Shown: positions 56,679-64,000 of the stretch, one piece after another
Position numbering within the stretch: position 1 is the first letter of the stretch
Layout: each line of letters starts with the position of its first letter
Origin: Macrostomum lignano
Lineage: Eukaryota
Length of the DNA: 64,000 nt
Direction of reading: 5' to 3'
Assembly: GCA_002269645.1 (NCBI GenBank)
Contig: NIVC01001422.1
Coordinates: 1-64,000, forward strand
The notes under the pieces: model-generated
Told to the model about the DNA's origin: nothing
The model's database searches: none
The model's input: only the letters and a program-made list of their open reading frames with translations
Translations under genes and position numbers: made by a program

Positions 56679-56964
56679 TGTTCTGGAGGTTCATTTTTTG
56701 TCATATTTTTGGGGTTTTACTTATTTAATTGTACATGTATTTGCTCTTTATTTAATGTACATGAGCCAACCCCCCTCAATTTGCTAACCCCACCCCACGT
56801 TAAATAATAATTAAAAAGGGCGTGATTTTTGGTCAGCGTGTTTTTTTACTAACTTGGTTGTTTTGTTTGCCTGCGCGAGAACGCAGAGGTATTGAAGGCT
56901 ACAAACATCCGATTTTCGCCTACTTAATTATTTTTCGGTTTTTGAAGAGTTAGTCGATTTAACA
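56679..56964 (+). repeat. 3' LTR
   Basis: Copy of 50217-50502. Confidence 0.97.
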
Positions 56965-57431
56965 CATTGCACTATCTAAGCAAAGCAATAGTTACTCCCA
57001 CAATCTACCTCAAGCATTAACTGGCCTTATATTAAATTCTTTGCAAAATAAAATATATTCATGCCAAGTTGAATGTGGGTATCAAAACGAAGTTTATACA
57101 ATTTACATAGATATAGCCTCATCATAGCAAGGTAGCCCTTGACCAATTGGAGGCTCCAAATTTGATAGGGTTTTACTGGCAGATGGCTCTTGATCAAATA
57201 GAGGCACCAATGGGGTTTTACTGGCAGATGGCTCCTGACCAATCAAAGGCAGGGCTATTCCAGCAGATGGCTTCTGGCTAATCAAAGGCTAGTTTAGTTA
57301 ACCCTGGCACTTACTGTGCCAGGCTCAGGGTAAAACACAATGCACCACTGACTGCCCATTGATTTCAATTCTCTTATAGCACTTTGGCACTTTTGCTGCT
57401 TTGGTATATAAGACCCAAAGACAGCAGCAGC

Positions 57432-57869
57432 ATGAATGGCAAGATGCCATGTAAAGCAATGTATACTATCATGACAAAGTCTTCAAATGGACTCCAAGAT
57501 TCAATGTAGCTCGTACATCATCTAGTATAAAAATAAGCCAAAGAACAGAGCAATAAAGATAGTGGAGACTACACCTATCACCTTGGTCATTACAAGAATC
57601 TGAATGCAGTTATTCTTTATGGACCAAAACTATTTGATCAAAAGTAGTATGATAACACTATCCCATATTGTAAATACAATGGCAGTAAACATGTAAAACA
57701 AGAGCATTCAAAATTTGCTAGAGACTTCCTTGTTCAACAATCCTGAGCATTTCTGGGATCAGAGGGTCACGGCCTCCAGTACTCTATATGTGCTGCTAGG
57801 ATCTACTTCATATTCCTCCTTAATTTCCCAATAGCATATATGGTATATTGTCCTTCTACTTCACTTTGA
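57432..57869 (+). pseudogene. Possible decayed ORF (~146 codons, 5 internal stops) behind CCAAT repeats and a TATA box
   Basis: CCAAT-like repeats at 57140-57290, TATATAAG at 57405, ATG at 57432; stops at 57507, 57528, 57534, 57645, 57744. No family recognised. Confidence 0.3.
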
Positions 57870-58566
57870 TAAAAAATGAATTAACTCAGAAAAACTATCA
57901 TCAATTATATTTACTTGGAACTTTTCTTATTCATTGTTAACTTCTTTCTTTCTTATCAAACCACAATGGGCAAGGTTGTCTTTTCTTCCACTAAATTTAC
58001 ATCTGTTTATACTAAATTTACCAATAGTTTTAAACAAAAATTAGTTTGCAAAATATTATGAAACATATGCTTGTATAATAAAAATGTTTCTTAGATTTGG
58101 CAAGCATTCAAAATGGGTTATGCATTTAAATAATAAAAAGAAATGGAGCCTATTACAATAGCATTTAATAGTCAAAATGCATTATAAAAATGTTGAACAT
58201 TAAAACCAAAGGTATAAAAAGTTTTAAAACTTTTTTTTTTTTGACTAATTTTCAAAATTAAGGTAGGCCTATCCTTTAGGCTTTTCACAAAGATTGGTTC
58301 CAGAACCAGAATAATTTAGATTCTAGAACCAAAATCAGTAGGAAAATGAAAAGCTTTGAATCAATTTTGTTTGTCAGTCTTTGTAATTTAATTTTGTTTT
58401 TTCTTGACTTTGTTTCCCTTTGGATATGACAAAAAATTGAATAATTACATAATTGACTAAAATTGACTATTTTAAATTTATTTTACTGTTAAAGTATAAA
58501 CATGACAATGGATTAAGAAAATTTCTCAATCTAAATTCCAGAACTAGAACACAGTTCTAGAACCAA

Positions 58567-59274
58567 TTCTGAAAATGGAACAAACAATATGAAAAGCTTT
58601 GAACCAATTTTGGTTCTAGAAATGAAGCTAGGCTAATATGAAAAGCCTAGTTTTTACTTCATAAAGCAAATGAAGCATAAAGCAAAAGCATAAAGCATTT
58701 ATAAAGCAAATATGAGGTTCAAAAAATGAAATAGAAAAAATATTAAAAAATAGGAATAGCTTTCAAAATGTCACTAGAGTCAATACCAAAATGCTTAGGC
58801 TTTAGGCTTAACATTTAGACTTGGCATACAATTAGAAGACTTGGTATGCAATGCAATTTTGCTAGCCTAATAAATAATAGCCCTAACTAGGCTCTAATAT
58901 TAAGTTTATTGAATAAAAAATTCTGAAAATGGAACAAACAATATGAAAAGCTTTGAACCAATTTTGGTTCTAGAAATGAAGCTAGGCTAATATGAAAAGC
59001 CTAGTTTTTACTTCATAAAGCAAATGAAGCATAAAGCAAAAGCATAAAGCATTTATAAAGCAAATATGAGGTTCAAAAAATGAAATAGAAAAAATATTAA
59101 AAAATAGGAATAGCTTTCAAAATGTCACTAGAGTCAATACCAAAATGCTTAGGCTTTAGGCTTAACATTTAGACTTGGCATACAATTAGAAGACTTGGTA
59201 TGCAATGCAATTTTGCTAGCCTAATAAATAATAGCCCTAACTAGGCTCTAATATTAAGTTTATTGAATAAAAAA
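58567..59274. repeat. Apparently perfect 354-bp tandem duplication
   Basis: 58567-58920 is repeated at 58921-59274. Confidence 0.93.
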
Positions 59275-59669
59275 ACAAAGATAAAGGCCAAAGTCTATAT
59301 TCTATATTGTCATAATAATAGATAGCACATGACCAAGATGGCACAGCTCTAAATTAATATTAGAGAGAGAGTAGATATAATAGAGATTAGAGTTTAGAGA
59401 TTCAATGTGGCCATCTTGGTCATGGTCATCCACTCTATTAGAGTTAGACCAATATGTGTATAAATTACTCGAGGCTGAATTATTTAATATGTGACATACG
59501 CTCGATAAAAAATCTAGTAAAATTTTATGATTTTAAAAAAATTATTAGTAGTAGTAGCCAGTAGAAACCACTTCAGGAAAATTTGCCTTTGACAATTATG
59601 GTTGAAATTGAAACACTAAAACTCTTTATACGAAACTTGTTAACGTTGGTCAAGAATTGAATTAGGGTC

Positions 59670-60038
59670 TCCCTAAAACACGCCCCGCACCGCCCTGCAG
59701 CGCTACACATTAAAACAAATTGGACTATAACTGAAGACACTTGAAAATGCGTTTTCTGTTAAGCTTTAAAGTTTTTATTAAATTAAGTTTTTTTACTATG
59801 AAATATAAAATTCGGTGAATAATAAGTGATAATATTAATAATATTAATAAAAAATATTAATAAAATTTAATAATGAAAACGAGAATATAAAAAATAATAA
59901 CAGTATTTATAATAATAATTAAAGATATTTATTCCATTACTCGTACAACAAATATTTTTCTTTGCAATCAAATACTGCGTTGACAAAAAATGTTATAATG
60001 TGTAGCGGTTCGGGGCGGGGCGGTGCGTGTTTTAGGGA
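59670..60038. mobile_element. MITE-like element with ~50-bp imperfect TIRs
   Basis: tccctaaaacacgccccgcaccgccc...gctacacatta pairs with taatgtgtagcgg...gcgtgttttaggga; AT-rich interior. Confidence 0.65.
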
Positions 60039-61957
60039 TAAAGCTTTATCAATTATGTACCTCATAAAAACAAAAAGTTTTATAAAAGAGCGGGCCTAGA
60101 CAAAAGTTCAAACAAAATTATTTAGTTAAAGTTATGCTAACGAAAAAAACAAGCTAATTAGCTCCCTTTTGTTAATCTACTGTCTGCCTTTAATCTGGTA
60201 AATAATAGTCAATTTAAACAGTTTGTATGGAATAAAAATTGAATATGAATTTTAAAAATGCATTAGAGTGGGTGACGAGACTCGAGAGTAAAATTTTAAG
60301 CCAGTGACCAGTGTTAAGCAATTCGTAATAGGATGAAATATAGATTACAATTTTCTGAGTGATGGGTAAACTTAAAATGCAAGGTAGATCAATAGCTTAT
60401 TTTCACGAATCACTTCTACCATTTAGCCATAGACCATAGCCCCTGACCTTGGGGCCTTCTGTAGCTATTTGACTTAGCTAGCTAGCTACCAAGCCTACTT
60501 ATACATCACCTAGGGACATAAGCCTATGCAAGAATGAAAATATGCTAATCTGTATATTTCTTAGACCTATATAATCTTTATTTGATAATGAAATTAGTTC
60601 TAGCCTTCTAGGCAGGTTACAGTGCCTAGGTAGGGCTGTAGGGGCTAGGCCTAATAAATTGAAATATTAAATATTAAAAAAAATTAAAATGCAAAACAGT
60701 AGGCCCTAAAGAACCTAGGCTTATTGAAAATTAAATTAATGCTACATACTAGCACCTTTCACTTTAGCCTTAGGTAGGGCCTAACTAGTCTAGACTATCC
60801 AGAAAATTGAAAGATATGAAAAAGTCACATCTTATACCATAGGCTAGTCACTAGTCCCATGCTGATGACAAAAAGTTATCTATATAACTTATTCCTTTGC
60901 ATAGTGCCATAGGCCTAGCCAATAGTAGACATTAGCTTATATAGCAATTTGCCTAGACCTACCAATTCTTATCATTGTCTTACTCTTAGTCTGAACAATA
61001 GTACAATTTTTAATCCTAAGTCTACCAGCAGGAATTTTATTTTCATTTGCTTTATTTGCTAGAGATAGGATGGCATATGACCAAGATAGCTACTTACTAA
61101 GATGGCCACAGCTCTAAATATCTAAATAAATAATAATAAGCCTAAGTCTACTTAGTAAGATTAATTAGGGAGAGTAATTAGAGAGATAGATGTTATAATG
61201 GAATTATATTACATTATAATCATTCCCTTAAACTTTGGCTTTAGCTTTTATTGTACATAGCCTGACCTATATTTATCTAGGCCTACTAAATAAAGCAAGT
61301 AAGTAGCCTAGTGGCTAGTATAAATAAATACCTTGATGCATATTTATCCCATTTTTTGCATAGCATTACCATTAGGCACTAGCAATGGTTTCTTAATAAA
61401 CTGATTATGATAGATTTGGACACATGTATCCTCGCAGTCTAGGCTACTAGTTTATTATTATTATGCTTAGTGGATTATAACTAGGCCTATCTTGAGTTTC
61501 GTAGGTTGCTGCCATTAGGCTCTTGATATTCCCGAATCATTGCATGTTTGTAATTAAAGAATTGAGTCAAAACACCAATATAATATTTTAGTCTAACAAA
61601 ATAATTGTTATAAAGAAAATGTTTTTGTACCAAATATAATCTTTGACATTAATTCCCTTTTTTCTAAGTGCTTGGGCACAACTTTCAATTTTAGAGGCAA
61701 GACTCCTCTTTAGTGCAAATTCTAATTCTTATTTTCCTATCCCCTTATTATCCCCTTTACTTTAAAAGTTTCTAAGGTTGAGCTGCAGAATGCAGCATAG
61801 ATGTTCTCTTTTTCTTTTCTTTTTTTATTTCTTTAATATGTAGGGGCTTAATAATATGGGCCTTGCATGTCAGCCTTTGAGTGGGCTCTTGCACAACTTT
61901 TTTTGAATTGAGTATTTGTAAAAGTATATGTTTAAGAAAATGCAATAGTCCAATTAG

Positions 61958-63314
61958 CAATCTTTTTCTTTTTCCTTTTTTCTTTCTTTCTTTGATATGT
62001 ATAAGCACTTTAGCCCCTAACTAGGGCTCTTACACTAATATTTTGTATTTAGTTTTTGAGTTTGTTGTTAAATGGGAGTGGAAAGCCAGGGGCTTACCGC
62101 AGATCAACCCAAAAGGGGGCTCTACTGCAGGGATCTGAAAGGGCCATACTACCAGTGGCATGTAGCCTGAGAGGCTACAAATTGGGACCAGAGCTCAGGA
62201 CTCTGGTGAGAGCCTAGTAAATTGGTGCTACTAGCCCAAACCTACGGTACAAGACACTGTCAACCCAAGAAGTGGAATCAGGGATTGTGCTAGGACTGAG
62301 TCCACCCAGGCCACCACCTAGCAAACAAGTCCTCGGGAGTGTGCAGAAAAAATTGGAATTTTCAAAAAAGCTTGGGTTACTACTAAAAGCAGTTCAAGAG
62401 CAGGGAAACCCCAAAGTCTACAGAAATGGCTTAATTATTAGAGTGAGTCTGGAAGGCTTATTTCCAAAGGGTGAGACTCCAAGTAGGAAGACCATCTACT
62501 GGCTACAAACCTAAGGGTATCGCCTATCTAGCTCAATATTGGAGGCTAGGCCAAGGGGTTGGGAAGGGGCACAAGGGGCAAGAGGACCCAGACTCAGCCG
62601 GTGTCCCCAAATTGGATGAACTCATTCCCTAGGACACCAATCCACTGTCAGGATGAAAGCCAGAAACACTTAGGCAGGGAGACAGCTAGAGGAGCCAGCA
62701 GATAGACCAAGGACAGCATAGGATGGACTGGGCAGGAGGGCAGAGCTCATAACTCCGAAGAATTAGAGCAGCAATCTAAGGCCTTATATTAATAAAAAAA
62801 TATAGTAATGGGGTAAAAACAGGACAGAGAAGCACCTGAACCCTATTAGCAGGTAGAGGGACCCTGCTTCCCGGGGCACAGCCTCAGGGCTGGCATCCAC
62901 TGGGCTCTACCATACACCTTTGTGAATGGTCATTCTTTCCTACAGGGCAGGTACGACCAGGGGGCTCAAGTCCCATTCTAGCCACATTGCAGTCTAGAGT
63001 ACACACTCACTCCAGGTACACCCTCTAAACCAAGGCCAAGGGCCAAATAATTGGAATGCCCAAAAAAGAAGAGGTGTTATTTTTAGAATGGGCACAGCCC
63101 CTCCAGGGTGGACCCTTAGAAATTGGGCTAGCCAAAGCCAGGCTAATCGGATTGTGCACAACCCTTAGACAAGCCACTAGAGAGGCAGCCAGGGTAAAAA
63201 CAGTCAGAGACAATCTTTTTCTTTTCCTTTTTTCTTTCTTTCTTTGATATATATGAGCACTTTAGCCCCTAACTAGGGCTCTTACACTAATATTTTATAT
63301 TTAGTTTTTGAGTT
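61958..63314. repeat. ~105-bp direct repeats (61958-62062, 63211-63314) flanking a 1.15-kb GC-richer segment
   Basis: caatcttttt...gcactttagcccctaactagggctcttacactaatatttt.tatttagtttttgagtt occurs twice. Confidence 0.85.
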
Positions 63315-64000
63315 CGGGATTTTTCTTTTTCTGAGAACTGCTCTGTATTAGTAAAGAAGCCCAAAACTCGCGGTTTACCCCTGCTATAATTATTTTCTGC
63401 CCCTAAACTATGCTCTACTACAGATTTTATAGATATAATGATAGGGAAAAAACTGGCATAAAAACTGAAAAAGATTAAAGTTTTTTTGTATTATGGGTAA
63501 AGGTTATTAGTTTCAAATCTATTATTCTTGTATTAGTATTTATGAATATGATTGATAAAACATAATAATTAATATATCAATAGCTATTAAGTTGCCAATT
63601 AATAGTAGAGAGTAGATATAATAAAGATTCAATGTGGTCTTACACTCTATTAGACCAATAAGTGTATAAATTACTCAAGACTGAATTATTTATTATATGA
63701 TATAATCTCAATAAAAAATGATGTTTAAAACAAAAACCATCAGCCCTGAAAGCCAACTATCTAGCCTAAGATATCAGCATCCCATATGAGCTTTGGTTTG
63801 AAAGCATCCAAGCAACCCTCACAAGCCATAGCATTTCAGCAATGCCCCATGAGCCTTGACATCTCGGCATTTTCCCTGACACAGATAAAGTAAAAATGAA
63901 GTACTTAGGAGTTTACTCAGTAAAGTAAAAGCTGATTCTCAGCAAATAATCTCATAGCAGTAGTATAATTTTTATTGTTTAAATCTAATTTCAGACCTAT

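Larger units (their letters stand above)
50217..56964 (+). mobile_element. BEL/Pao LTR retrotransposon, full length, with an internal RT deletion
   Basis: 286-bp LTRs (TG...CA) at both ends, 5-bp TSD CATTG (50212-50216, 56965-56969), PBS, PPT, and gag-PR-RT-RNaseH-IN order with BEL-specific motifs. Confidence 0.97.
56965..64000. other. CpG-depleted, C>T/G>A-decayed repeat domain (continues at 49780-50216 on the other side of the BEL insertion)
   Basis: About 3 CpG in 57001-59460 and about 9 in the ~50% GC segment 62063-63210, versus more than 20 in the 480 bp at 30841-31320. Confidence 0.75.

Overview
Eukaryotic (animal) genomic DNA with GC-rich exons and introns filled with micro- and minisatellites. 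The style suggests a free-living flatworm such as Macrostomum, but that is inference only. Genes were reconstructed by hand from splice sites and reading phase. They are: a 14+-exon ankyrin-repeat TRPV-like channel (- strand, runs off the left edge, one apparent +1 frameshift), an intronless class A GPCR, a 2-exon orphan, a 12-exon ENOSF1 (with a GC-AG intron), an intronless 452-aa coiled-coil orphan, and WDR41, TRIM23/ARD1 and GRHPR (all - strand). Mobile DNA includes a full-length BEL/Pao LTR retrotransposon (identical 286-bp LTRs, 5-bp TSD, tRNA-iMet PBS, internal RT deletion), a probable 2-kb solo LTR, two hAT-type MITEs with 8-bp TSDs, a foldback element, and tRNA-derived SINEs (one CORE-like). 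The most unusual signals are: (i) a ~7.5-kb domain (49.8-50.2 kb plus 57-64 kb) that is almost free of CpG and shows directional C>T/G>A decay; (ii) an intron made of ~60 tandem copies of its own 5' splice junction; (iii) a very young but RT-dead BEL element. There are no CRISPR arrays, rRNA genes or convincing tRNA genes. All counts and alignments were done by eye.
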